64,000 nt of DNA, from contig JAEYSE010000093.1 in assembly GCA_023435025.1 (NCBI GenBank), positions 10,073-74,072 of the forward strand. The letters run 5' to 3'. Under the pieces are notes generated by a model, which saw only the letters and a program-made list of their open reading frames with translations, was not told the origin of the DNA and did not search any database. The position numbers and the translations under genes were made by a program. Below, piece after piece: positions 1 through 9,349 of this stretch (its first letter is position 1; each line of letters begins with the position of its first letter). Source of the DNA: Bacillota bacterium (lineage in GTDB: Bacteria > Bacillota > Clostridia > Christensenellales > CAG-138).

Positions 1-1509
1 GCCGTCAAATATGCGCCCATTCTTGATACGAACGGCAACGCAGTGGGTGCGCTTTTTTCAGGCCTTCCCATTGGGGATATCCAGCAGTCACAGTCAAAAG
101 CCATTGCCACCAACGTTTGGATTACCATTGTGCTGATTGCGGTTGCCACTGTGGGGACGCTGATCTTTATCCGCCGCAATGTACAAATGCCGCTGCATAA
201 GCTCAAGCTTGGCGCAGAACAGCTCGCCGACGGCAACACGGGCCTGACGATGGATGCAAACGGGCGCAAGGATGAAGTGGGCGTGCTGATGCAATCCTTT
301 GCCACAGTATGCACTTCCCTCCAGGCCATGATTGCGGATACGGATGGGCTGGTGCAGGCCGCGCTTGCGGGCGAACTGAAAACGCGCGCCGACGCAGATA
401 AACACAAAGGCGATTTCAAAAAGATCGTTGAGGGCGTAAACCTTACGCTTGACGCTGTAACCGCCCCCATAGAGGAAGCCAGGCAGGTGCTGCACGAGTT
501 GTCTCTGGGCAACCTCCACGCCAGGGTAACGGGTGAATTCCAGGGCGATCACGCCATGATCAAGCATGCCCTTAACGAAACAATCGCCTCACTGAAACGC
601 TATATTTCCGAAACTTCCTATGTACTATCCGAGCTCTCCGACAAAAACCTGACGGTATCCATCACCTCGGAATATCGGGGAGATTTTGTGGAGCTCAAGG
701 ATTCCATCAACGGCATCGTCGCCTCACTCAACGATATGATGCAAGAAATCGGCGCAGCAGCCGACCAGGTGTCGGCCGGCACCACGCAGGTTTCCGCAGG
801 GAGCCAGACGCTTTCCCAGGCTTCCGTGGAGCAGGCAAGCTCCATTGAAGAGCTCAACGCGACGGTTTCCGAGCTTGCCGATCATACCAGGAGCAATGCC
901 GCCCGCGCGATGACCGCGAATGAGCTTACCGCAGCGGCACAGGCACAAGCGATCAACGGCAACAACAAAATGCAAGCATTGCAGGCAGCGATGGAGGCCA
1001 TCAACGAAACGGCGGGCAATATCCGCAAAATCATCAAGGTGATTGACGATATCGCGTTCCAAACCAGCCTGCTTTCTCTCAACGCGGCCATTGAAGCGGC
1101 GCGCGCCGGGCAGTATGGGCGCGGCTTCTCCGTGGTTGCGGACGAAGTCCGAAATCTTGCCCAAAAGTCCGCCGATGCTGCAAAGGAAACGACGGCGCTC
1201 ATCAACAATTCCATTAAAAAAGCGGCTGCGGGTACGCGCATTGCGGACGATACCTCCGCCACGCTTCTCGAAATCACCGCAAGCGTGGAGCAGGCTGCAG
1301 CACTTGTCAAGGAGATTACGCAGGCCTCCAACGATCAGGCGACCGGCATCATGCAGGTGAATTCCGGGCTTTCCATGATGAGCAATATGGTGCAACAGAA
1401 TTCCGCCACAGCGGAACAAAGCGCGGCCACCGCGCAAGAGCTTTCCGGCCAGGCAGAGATGCTCCGGGAAATGGTGGAAGAGTTCCGGCTGATTGGCGAG
1501 GAAGAATAA
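1..1509 (+). CDS. methyl-accepting chemotaxis protein (5' end cut by window edge)
   Basis: Frame 1 is open from nt 1 ([13 protein letters not shown]...) into the 488-aa ORF. HAMP-like linkers are followed by the conserved MCP signalling hairpin ([37 protein letters not shown]). TAA at 1507-1509. Confidence 0.9.
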   Translation, partial: AVKYAPILDTNGNAVGALFSGLPIGDIQQSQSKAIATNVWITIVLIAVATVGTLIFIRRNVQMPLHKLKLGAEQLADGNTGLTMDANGRKDEVGVLMQSFATVCTSLQAMIADTDGLVQAALAGELKTRADADKHKGDFKKIVEGVNLTLDAVTAPIEEARQVLHELSLGNLHARVTGEFQGDHAMIKHALNETIASLKRYISETSYVLSELSDKNLTVSITSEYRGDFVELKDSINGIVASLNDMMQEIGAAADQVSAGTTQVSAGSQTLSQASVEQASSIEELNATVSELADHTRSNAARAMTANELTAAAQAQAINGNNKMQALQAAMEAINETAGNIRKIIKVIDDIAFQTSLLSLNAAIEAARAGQYGRGFSVVADEVRNLAQKSADAAKETTALINNSIKKAAAGTRIADDTSATLLEITASVEQAAALVKEITQASNDQATGIMQVNSGLSMMSNMVQQNSATAEQSAATAQELSGQAEMLREMVEEFRLIGEEE

Positions 1510-1525
1510 CTCCTTCTGCCATAGT

Positions 1526-1565
1526 GCCCCGGCGTAAGCTGAACTACGCCGGGGCGTTTTTATTC
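1526..1565 (+). terminator. rho-independent terminator after MCP gene
   Basis: 11-bp GC-rich stem gccccggcgta/tacgccggggc followed by gTTTTTaTT, 17 nt after the stop codon. Confidence 0.65.
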
Positions 1566-1630
1566 AGCTTTTATGAGCACATAAAGCAAGCCGCCAGATT
1601 TCCGGCGGCTTGCTTTGCAAAGCTTTTTAC

Positions 1631-2623
1631 TTATCCCGAGTACTGCACATTATCAAACAGCAGTTCGTCTTGCTCTCCATTGATATACGTAGCCCCTTCC
1701 CTGAACTCAATTGCCAAGGCACCCGTTCTGCCGTCCTCCATACGGAAATATACAATTTCCCGCTCGTCTGTCGCATAGGGGAGCAGTCGCTCACCCGGCT
1801 GAATTTCACCGGGCACAAGAACGCCGTTTTCAAAAAAGCGCGCCGGTATGGTTACCTTGGCCGTGAGCGCCCTTCGAAGCCCGGCATTCTGAATCAGCCA
1901 CAAATCGGGGCCTTCCGGCTCAAACGTAAAGGAAGATGACAGCGCGTACTTGTGATATCCGTCCCAGGTACCCAGCGTATAGACCCCCGAGCGCAGCATC
2001 CATACACCCTCATACACGCCGTCCACAAACCCGAATATCGTATTCGTACAGGTAAGCGACCGGCCGTCAAACGTATAGACGACCGTCTGATAATCCGCAG
2101 AGGCATAATCGAAGCTCACTACGATACAAGGCTTTGCGTCCGCGTTGTAGGCTACAAACGCGTCCTGCACATATCCCCGCCCCACTTCGGCAAAATACTC
2201 CTGACCGTTGTGATTGACGGTAATGCCGAGCATCTCCGAATCCGGAGCGCCGCTGTTTTCCAGAATGCTGAGTGTTTCCATTGCGCCGTCCCCATTCAGA
2301 TCGAATTCCTCCGAATAATCAGGGAATATGCGTACGTACTCAGGCCTGCTGTAAACCGCCTCTATCGCTTGGGCCGAGGTCGAGCCGGAAGGAGCGGGCT
2401 GAACCGTTGGAGTGGGCAAAATCGCTTCTTCCTGAAGCGGCGTCTGCCGGGCCGGGGTCTCCTGGATTGGCATCTCCTGTGTGGCTTGCGTTTGCTTCGG
2501 CGGCTGCTGCATTTCTTCGATTTTTGCCCCCACGATCTGCTGCATGATTTGGGGCAGGCAACCTGCCGTAAATAGCACCAGCAGAATAAGCGTCAATAGC
2601 AGCGCAAGCGTTTTTTTCCTCAT
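1631..2623 (-). CDS. lipoprotein of unknown function
   Basis: 330-aa ORF. N-terminus MRKKTLALLLTLILLVLFTAGC has a signal peptide plus lipobox Cys. A Pro/Thr/Gln-rich linker precedes a globular domain. Confidence 0.7.
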   Translation of the reverse strand: MRKKTLALLLTLILLVLFTAGCLPQIMQQIVGAKIEEMQQPPKQTQATQEMPIQETPARQTPLQEEAILPTPTVQPAPSGSTSAQAIEAVYSRPEYVRIFPDYSEEFDLNGDGAMETLSILENSGAPDSEMLGITVNHNGQEYFAEVGRGYVQDAFVAYNADAKPCIVVSFDYASADYQTVVYTFDGRSLTCTNTIFGFVDGVYEGVWMLRSGVYTLGTWDGYHKYALSSSFTFEPEGPDLWLIQNAGLRRALTAKVTIPARFFENGVLVPGEIQPGERLLPYATDEREIVYFRMEDGRTGALAIEFREGATYINGEQDELLFDNVQYSG

Positions 2624-3041
2624 TCGATAATCCTTCTTTTTAAAATACTGATGACTGTAAAAGATAAATCTGTTCAGGGAGCGTACAAGCAGCCCATTGT
2701 TTCATCAAAGCAACGAATCTTGATATCAGCATACCGCCAAGACTTTCTTCTTGTCAATCCTATCAGGATACCGCAGCTTATTCAAAAAAAATAGCGCGTC
2801 TGCAACTTCCAATTACTTTTTTTGTAGAAATTTGAAAAACAATTTATTTTAAGAATAATCTGAGAACTTTTTTGCCAATTTAGCTGTACGGAACTAAATA
2901 GAGGAAAAAATAAAACCTAAAAAAGTCCACCCTAGGACTGATCTGTGACCGGCCTGGTTTATGATTTGTAAAAGTGGACATACATGTTACGGGCCGGCCC
3001 TGTTGCGCCGGCCAATTCCAGCGTAAGGGGTGCATAGCGGG

Positions 3042-6000
3042 ATGAAGAAACAAAGCAAGAAAACATTGGCTCTTTTCTTGGCTATTTTGCTGGCTGTGGG
3101 GTTGTTCCCCACCGCGGGTTTCGCGGCGGAGGGGGACGAGTCTACCACGCCTTCACCTGTAGAAACACCCACTGCAACTCTTCCGCCGGAAACTCCCGGG
3201 CCTTCTATAACGCCGGTGCCATCCATGTCAGCGGAGCCGTCTATAACGCCTGACCCCAGTGTGACACCCGAGCCCACCGAGACGCCTGTTGTAACCGAGA
3301 CGCCGGTGCCGACAGAGACGCCGGTGCCGACGGAAACGCCGGTTGATGTTTCCGCGCTTACCGGGAAAGATCTGTACCGGTATTTGATTACGCTCGGGGA
3401 AGACGAGCTTAAGGCGGCGCTTTCCTATTTAACGCAGGCACAGGCCGATTCACTCAACGGCATTATGACGCAAGAGCAGGCTCTTGCGTGGTTTGGAATA
3501 GAGCCATTTGTTCCCTTGGAGTTGGGGGCAGGGTTTGTTCCTTTCTTAGCAATGAGAACACAATCTCTGGACAATGACGATCTGGTGACGGACAAGAGTG
3601 CTGTTTACCAAACAGACGATACCGTGGATATTACCCTGTCGGCATATGCAAAAGGTGTTCTCACCAAGATCGGCAAGCCTGCGGATATCGTGCTGGTACT
3701 GGACCAGTCCACCAGCATGGGGAGTATGAGCGGGACATTCGGTTATTCGTACACAAATATTTATAATTGGCAAGGGAGTGGCTCTGGGGATAACAGCAAC
3801 TATGTGAATATAGGAGGGGAATATCGCCTGACGCGTAGGCAGGGAAGTTCCTCCCCCTATACATATCAGTATCAGGCGACTTCGGGCAGTTGGACCGGCG
3901 CGGTGCCGTTTACGTTCAAGAACTCGCCGACGGATACGACCCCTGGCAGGCTGCAATTGTTAAGACGAAACTCAATGTATCGTATCGACGCGCTGATTGA
4001 TGCGGTTACAGACTTTGTTCAGGAAGTGCGCTCAAAAACAACAACCGAAATGGATTTTAATATTTCGATTGTGGGCTTTAATGCGTCTGCACGTTATCTC
4101 ACCGGCACCAACGCCTCTGATACGCTGCTAAGCGCTACCGACACCCGGATTGATACGGCAATCGCCAATCTCAATAGCCTGGCCAATTATACCCGTCAAG
4201 ACCTGGGTCTGGATCTTGCCAACGACGTATTTGATACAGATTTTTCGGAAGATCGCAACCGTATCGTCATACTGTTCACGGACGGCGAGCCTTACTCCGG
4301 CGGAGGTGGCGTTACCAACAACGACATTATTGAGGACGCGCTTACCTTTGCGCGCGATCTGAAGAATAACAAAGGGACGTCGATATTCACCATTGGTATC
4401 GGCTCATCCTCTCTGGACCCCGGCACACTTCCGGTAGAGGGCGCGACGGATCAGAATACGTTCTTGCATTCCGTTTCATCGAACTATCCTGTTTCGACGT
4501 TTGAGACAGCGACAACGACAACATATTCGAGAGTAACCTCTAACGCCAACGGTTTGAATACCCGTACCCAGTACTATATCTTTGACAGTTATAACGGAAC
4601 GGCCCCGAACACACCCGAAGGCACGCCCATTGCACTTACGTATCGAGATTTAAGCGGCAACCAAAATGACGGTTGGTACTATGAGTCCGGATCCAATTGG
4701 GTACGCGTGTACTATGCCCAAAACAGTAACATTCAAAATAAAGGCAGCTCCAGTTATCATTTCTGGACGGCCGCCACAAATACCGTAAGCGGCATCATCC
4801 CCGGCCTGCGCAATCCTGCGGAAGACGCGGACGGTGATCCGATGGAGTTTTACCACACGGCCGACGATGCCGAAGAGCTTAGCGAAGTATTTCTGGCTGT
4901 GCAAGAAAGCCTCAGCGGTGGCTATGAGAGCATCACGGTCAAGGATTTCATGATGCCTCAGTTTGAAAACGTGACCGGCATCACCGCAAGGATTGGTACG
5001 ACCGCAATTGCCACATCCCTGATCAGCTATAATGCTAACACCAGAATGGTCAGCGTAGGGCCGATCAGGCTTCCCGCTGTTCAGATGAACGGCAGCGTAC
5101 CTGCCGATGGCGAACTTGCTGCCAAGCAGCTGGTCATTACGTTTACCGCCGATGTGAAGGATGATTTTATTGGCGGTAACGATGTGTTGACCAACGCCGG
5201 AAATTCCGGTATATACGGCTCGGACGGCGATCCAATCGAGTACTTCAACGAGCCTGTGGTCAACATCCCGTTGGACTATGACCTGTTTGATCTGCAGGAT
5301 CAGCACGTGTATCTTGGGGACGGGGCGTCCATCAGCGACTTCTTCGTAACAAACAGCTACGAGATCGACGATAATCCGTTCCAGTACGACGGCAAGAACA
5401 ACGGATATGTCAATATCGTCTATACCGTTAATAATGCAGTTGGCGCCACTATCGGCACCTATACCGTGGACGCAGGAGAACTGACAGGAGACTTCGAACC
5501 GGGATATTCCAACACGCTGACAAACCTTACGGCGGATACCTGGTACACCATTACCGCCAGAATCTCGCCCAGCGAAACCGGCGACTTGGCTAACGGCCCT
5601 CTTGCAGTACCGATCACCTCGGCGGGCGGGAATGAGAAAGCGAACATATATGTCTACAAGCCCGTAGTTACAACGCAGGATGTGGCGGTGTACCTGACAA
5701 AGAACCCCACCGACGCGGAGCTTACGGACAATGCGATTGTCTCTGTAGCCTGGATGCACGACACAACGAACGCGGAAGACGCAACTTTGACAGAGACCAC
5801 CGCTCCTGACCTTGATTATACATTTACGTATGCCATTCCTGCCACCCCCGGTTACCTGACGGATACGACGGCTGTGAATATCACGGGTATCGCCACCCAA
5901 CGCGGCAATCCCGCATCCACCACCGCTTCCCTCTCAGGCGCAGGCTTGACCGGGCTGGTTTCCCCCTTCAACGTGCATGTTCTAAAGCCCATCATCAAGT

Positions 6001-6707
6001 GCTTGGACAACACCATGTTCGTGGGCGACCCTGCCATTTCCTGGAGCACATACCTTGGCAGCTTCATAAAGAGCTGGTCTACAAAGCCCGATAATGCGGC
6101 GCTCATAGGCAGCGAACCTGCTGCGGTGAGCCTTGAAATCGATTTGCCCACGCCCGCACCTGCCGGCGCTTCTGGAACAGGCTTTGACCCCATTGCGGAC
6201 GGTGCTCATGGCCTGAAGGTGAAGGTGAAGGTGAACACCAGTTATGTCACCCCATATTCCACCATTCAGAACGATACCACAACCGTGAGCGAAAGCCGCC
6301 ATTTCACAATCACGGTGAATTCCGGCCAGCTCACGATTACCAAAAATGTCGCAACCACCGGCCCGGATGCGGTGAAACCAGGTGAGACATTCCTGTTCAC
6401 AATCACGGTAGACCGGGAAGGCGAAGCGAATGACTATACATTCTATGAGGTCATAGAGGGCAACGGCAGCAAGACCATTACCGGTCTTCCCAGAGGCACC
6501 TATACGGTGACGGAGGATACCAATTGGTCCTGGCGTTACAATACGGCTTCCATCCCTGATTGGGGCAGCGGCGGCAGCACGATCACACCCACGAACAGGT
6601 CGATTGCCTGCAGGGTATCCAACTCCGGCAGGACGCCCTTCTGGCTCTCAGGCGACGATGCAGTCGTGAACAAATTCTGGCCGTTTAAACCGCAGCCTGC
6701 GGCATAA
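3042..6707 (+). CDS. large secreted vWA-domain protein (putative adhesin) with C-terminal Ig/Cna-B-like domains and no cell-wall sorting signal
   Basis: ATG at 3042 (MKKQSKKTLALFLAILLAV...FAAEG, a Sec signal) lies 9 nt after TAAGGGGTG. A Pro/Thr-rich linker follows. vWA/MIDAS signature IVLVLDQSTSMGS, then ILFTDGEP and SIFTIGIG. The C-terminal segment TITKNV...GTYTVTEDTNWSWRY resembles pilin-type Ig folds. The ORF ends ...FKPQPAA without LPXTG. Confidence 0.85.
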   Translation: MKKQSKKTLALFLAILLAVGLFPTAGFAAEGDESTTPSPVETPTATLPPETPGPSITPVPSMSAEPSITPDPSVTPEPTETPVVTETPVPTETPVPTETPVDVSALTGKDLYRYLITLGEDELKAALSYLTQAQADSLNGIMTQEQALAWFGIEPFVPLELGAGFVPFLAMRTQSLDNDDLVTDKSAVYQTDDTVDITLSAYAKGVLTKIGKPADIVLVLDQSTSMGSMSGTFGYSYTNIYNWQGSGSGDNSNYVNIGGEYRLTRRQGSSSPYTYQYQATSGSWTGAVPFTFKNSPTDTTPGRLQLLRRNSMYRIDALIDAVTDFVQEVRSKTTTEMDFNISIVGFNASARYLTGTNASDTLLSATDTRIDTAIANLNSLANYTRQDLGLDLANDVFDTDFSEDRNRIVILFTDGEPYSGGGGVTNNDIIEDALTFARDLKNNKGTSIFTIGIGSSSLDPGTLPVEGATDQNTFLHSVSSNYPVSTFETATTTTYSRVTSNANGLNTRTQYYIFDSYNGTAPNTPEGTPIALTYRDLSGNQNDGWYYESGSNWVRVYYAQNSNIQNKGSSSYHFWTAATNTVSGIIPGLRNPAEDADGDPMEFYHTADDAEELSEVFLAVQESLSGGYESITVKDFMMPQFENVTGITARIGTTAIATSLISYNANTRMVSVGPIRLPAVQMNGSVPADGELAAKQLVITFTADVKDDFIGGNDVLTNAGNSGIYGSDGDPIEYFNEPVVNIPLDYDLFDLQDQHVYLGDGASISDFFVTNSYEIDDNPFQYDGKNNGYVNIVYTVNNAVGATIGTYTVDAGELTGDFEPGYSNTLTNLTADTWYTITARISPSETGDLANGPLAVPITSAGGNEKANIYVYKPVVTTQDVAVYLTKNPTDAELTDNAIVSVAWMHDTTNAEDATLTETTAPDLDYTFTYAIPATPGYLTDTTAVNITGIATQRGNPASTTASLSGAGLTGLVSPFNVHVLKPIIKCLDNTMFVGDPAISWSTYLGSFIKSWSTKPDNAALIGSEPAAVSLEIDLPTPAPAGASGTGFDPIADGAHGLKVKVKVNTSYVTPYSTIQNDTTTVSESRHFTITVNSGQLTITKNVATTGPDAVKPGETFLFTITVDREGEANDYTFYEVIEGNGSKTITGLPRGTYTVTEDTNWSWRYNTASIPDWGSGGSTITPTNRSIACRVSNSGRTPFWLSGDDAVVNKFWPFKPQPAA
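3277..3348 (+). repeat. four tandem 18-nt coding repeats (T-E-T-P-V-P/V units) in the Pro/Thr linker
   Basis: accgagacgcctgttgta / accgagacgccggtgccg / acagagacgccggtgccg / acggaaacgccggttgat, read directly from the sequence. Confidence 0.8.
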
Positions 6708-6731
6708 CGCAATAACGGAGGAACACGCTCC

Positions 6732-7262
6732 TTGCCAAAGACGATAAAAGCGATCTGGAACGCGCTGACCACAATCCTTGTGGCGGCGGCAGTACTGCTG
6801 GCGGTGTTGCTGGCGGGTGTACGCATCATTGAACTTACGCCGTACGCGGTGCTTTCGGGCTCCATGGAACCGGCCTACCACGTAGGCAGCCTTATCTACG
6901 TGCAGAAGGCGGTGCCGGAGACGATACAGGTGGGCGACCCTATCACATTCCTGCTCAATGAGGACCTATTGGTAGCCACCCACCGCGTGATAGAAATTGA
7001 TGCAGCCAACCAGCACTTTTATACCAAGGGCGATGCCAACAATGCGCCCGACGCCATGCCGGTGCACTACAACAACCTGCTGGGCAAGCCCGTGTTCACC
7101 ATCCCGCAACTTGGGTATGTATCCAGCTTCCTAAGTACCAGCAAAGGCATGATACTTGCTGGAACAGCGGCAATCGTGCTGCTGATACTGGTGTTCGTAC
7201 CGGATCTGCTGGCTGCAGCGGACCGGAAGGATGCAAAAGCAAAACATGCACAAAGACCCTGA
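6732..7262 (+). CDS. sipW: signal peptidase I, SipW (ER/archaeal) type
   Basis: TTG start 8 nt after ACGGAGGAA. N-terminal TM segment, catalytic-Ser box LSGSMEP, then ATHRV and TKGDAN boxes and a C-terminal TM segment. This is the architecture typical of SipW-type rather than LepB-type peptidases. Confidence 0.85.
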   Translation: MPKTIKAIWNALTTILVAAAVLLAVLLAGVRIIELTPYAVLSGSMEPAYHVGSLIYVQKAVPETIQVGDPITFLLNEDLLVATHRVIEIDAANQHFYTKGDANNAPDAMPVHYNNLLGKPVFTIPQLGYVSSFLSTSKGMILAGTAAIVLLILVFVPDLLAAADRKDAKAKHAQRP

Positions 7263-7281
7263 TTAACCGGAGGTATGAGCC

Positions 7282-7848
7282 ATGAAGGAATTCATCCGCA
7301 CACACAAAAGAGTTGTTTTGCTCTGCCTTGCGGCGGTGCTGGTTGTAGCCGCTGCCATTGGCGGTACTTTGGCGTGGCTGACCTCCACCCCAAACAGCAT
7401 TACCAATACGTTTGTGCCGGGCGAAGTGCCGAATCTAGTTACGGAAGATCCCTTTGACGGCACAACGAAATCCAACGTGCGCGTGCAGAACACCGGCAAT
7501 GTGGATGCCTACATCCGCGTAGCGCTTGTGCCCATCTGGCGTAATGTCAGCGACAATAACGGCGCGGGTATTGCGGCAACATTGTCTCAACTTACATTCA
7601 CCGGCTTCCCAGGCACAAAATGGACGGAGGGCACGGATGGATACTATTACTATGAAGACCGTGTCACGCCGGGTGCTTCCACAGAGGCACTGATTGGCAC
7701 GGCTAAGGTAAACGTCACACACGAGGGCAAATACTTGGAGCTGCAGATACTCTCGCAGTCCATACAGGCGGACGGCATGGGTGCGGAAAGCGCGCAAGAA
7801 GCATTCGCGATCGGTCTTGATGCCACCACCGAAAACCCCGGCGCGTAA
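7282..7848 (+). CDS. TasA/BsaA-family protein with SipW-cognate signal peptide (paralogue 1)
   Basis: GGAGGT-7nt-ATG. N-terminus ...AAAIGGTLAWLTSTPNSITNTFVPGEV matches the SipW-dependent signal pattern (G-T-L-A-[YW]-[FL]-T ... N-T-F). 188 aa. Confidence 0.8.
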   Translation: MKEFIRTHKRVVLLCLAAVLVVAAAIGGTLAWLTSTPNSITNTFVPGEVPNLVTEDPFDGTTKSNVRVQNTGNVDAYIRVALVPIWRNVSDNNGAGIAATLSQLTFTGFPGTKWTEGTDGYYYYEDRVTPGASTEALIGTAKVNVTHEGKYLELQILSQSIQADGMGAESAQEAFAIGLDATTENPGA

Positions 7849-7923
7849 CCTCTGGATGCCATAGCCACAATTGGTGGGCTTTATATAGAAAAAGAAAGAT
7901 GATATAAAAACGGAGGAAAGAAA

Positions 7924-8505
7924 ATGAAGAAGAAGGCATTATTGTTGGTTCTAGCAGCTGTGGTGCTTGTGATTGGAAGCGTAGCAGGTACCTTGGCATA
8001 TTTGACAGCTACTTCCGGCACTGTTACCAATACGTTTACTGTAGGTGCTGTCGGCTTGGATTTATGGGAGCATCAGCTGAATAGTGACGGAGCTCTTGGT
8101 ACAAATAAAGTTACCAAAAATACATATCATCTTGTCCCGGGCGGAACCTACCTTAAGGATCCAACGGTAGTGGTTAAGGGCAAAAGCGAACCCTGCGTCG
8201 TATTTGTTCGCGTGGAAAACGGTTTATCTGCCATTCTGGATGGCTTCACGCTCAATAACGGTTGGGTGCAACCAGATGCGGCTCACTCTGATTTGTATAA
8301 GTATTCTACAGTTGTACAAAAAGCCGACACCGATCAAGAGTTGGTAGTGTTTGGTAATTTCAAAGTTCTGAAAAATGTCACCGACCTGTCCAACTACAGT
8401 TCAGCAGAAATCAAGGTGACTGCGTTTGCCATCCAGAGCCAAAATGTAGACGATGCTACCGCTCTTTCAGAGGCCATTGCCAAGTTGTATCCCTCCGGTA
8501 CGTAA
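7924..8505 (+). CDS. TasA/BsaA-family protein with SipW-cognate signal peptide (paralogue 2)
   Basis: ACGGAGGAAAGAAA-ATG. N-terminus ...SVAGTLAYLTATSGTVTNTFTVGAVGLDLWE. 193 aa. Third codon positions are visibly more A/T-rich than in neighbouring genes. Confidence 0.8.
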   Translation: MKKKALLLVLAAVVLVIGSVAGTLAYLTATSGTVTNTFTVGAVGLDLWEHQLNSDGALGTNKVTKNTYHLVPGGTYLKDPTVVVKGKSEPCVVFVRVENGLSAILDGFTLNNGWVQPDAAHSDLYKYSTVVQKADTDQELVVFGNFKVLKNVTDLSNYSSAEIKVTAFAIQSQNVDDATALSEAIAKLYPSGT

Positions 8506-8579
8506 TTGGCGTATAGCTGACTGAATGAACTCTGTATAATACCGACAAGGCCGAGTTTCGGCAGAACGGAGAAATAGCA

Positions 8580-9227
8580 ATGAAGAAGAAGATACTCGTC
8601 ATATCTCTGATTGTGTCTCTCGTGGCGATCGCGGCGTTGGGCGCGACGCTGGCCTACTTCACGGATACCAGCACCGTGGATAACACATTCACCGTGGGCA
8701 ATGTGAAGATTGACCTGAAAGAAATCATTGGCTACGAAAACGACGAGCCTGTATATGGCGAGCCTGGTGAGAATGGCAAGGTTGATTTCGGCACCATGCT
8801 GCCGGGCAGTTACAAAACCAAAGCGCCGTTTATTGAAAATATCGGTTCCAACGCGGCCTATGTGCAGCTTAAGGTAACCATTAATAACGCCGACGCGTTC
8901 GATCAGATGTTCCGTGATTACAATGCTAGCCATGAAGTCAAATTGAGCATTGCCGACTTCATTAAAGGCATTGATAGCAGCTGGACTTATGCGGGCAACG
9001 TGAAAAATGCCGATAATACAAGAACATATACCTACACGTACAATGGCCCGCTTGCGGCCGGTGCGGCAACCTCACCTCTTTTTGCCGGGATAGAAATTCC
9101 GACGTTTATAGATGGTGAGTTTGCCAATGCAGAAATCGAAGATTTCGCTATCAGCATAGTGGCTGAAGCCATACAAGCTGATAATTTCGATAATGCTGCT
9201 GCTGCATACGCAGAACTGAACAAGTAG
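8580..9227 (+). CDS. TasA/camelysin-family protein with SipW-cognate signal peptide (paralogue 3)
   Basis: N-terminus ...ALGATLAYFTDTSTVDNTFTVGNVKIDLKE is the classical TasA/CalY leader plus mature N-terminus. LPGSYKTKAPFIENIGS is a beta-sandwich motif. 215 aa. Confidence 0.85.
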   Translation: MKKKILVISLIVSLVAIAALGATLAYFTDTSTVDNTFTVGNVKIDLKEIIGYENDEPVYGEPGENGKVDFGTMLPGSYKTKAPFIENIGSNAAYVQLKVTINNADAFDQMFRDYNASHEVKLSIADFIKGIDSSWTYAGNVKNADNTRTYTYTYNGPLAAGAATSPLFAGIEIPTFIDGEFANAEIEDFAISIVAEAIQADNFDNAAAAYAELNK

Positions 9228-9349
9228 TAAGCATTCGCTAAACCTTTAGGCCTTATGCCGGGGCGCATGCCCTGCGCCCCGCAACCTTGCCGTATTTTTT
9301 CGAACCATCCATCCGCTCGTATGCGGACGAAATAGGGGGATGACAAATT

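Noticed and set aside
2640-3041. Looked for a c-di-GMP-I or c-di-GMP-II riboswitch upstream of the vWA/TasA-like locus, since adhesin loci in Clostridia often have one.
   Set aside because: There is no ACGCAAAGC core and no GNRA-hairpin arrangement. Nothing resembles the c-di-GMP-II conserved segments as I remember them. Only generic hairpins are present.
4650-5900. A 416-aa ORF on the minus strand inside the vWA gene.
   Set aside because: It is antisense to a gene with clear domain signatures. Its product is Arg/Gly/Val-rich with no motifs. It is a typical shadow ORF of GC-rich coding sequence. The same reasoning applies to 724-1437, 15453-16070, 20928-21698, 22751-23545, 42662-43693 and 53150-54178.
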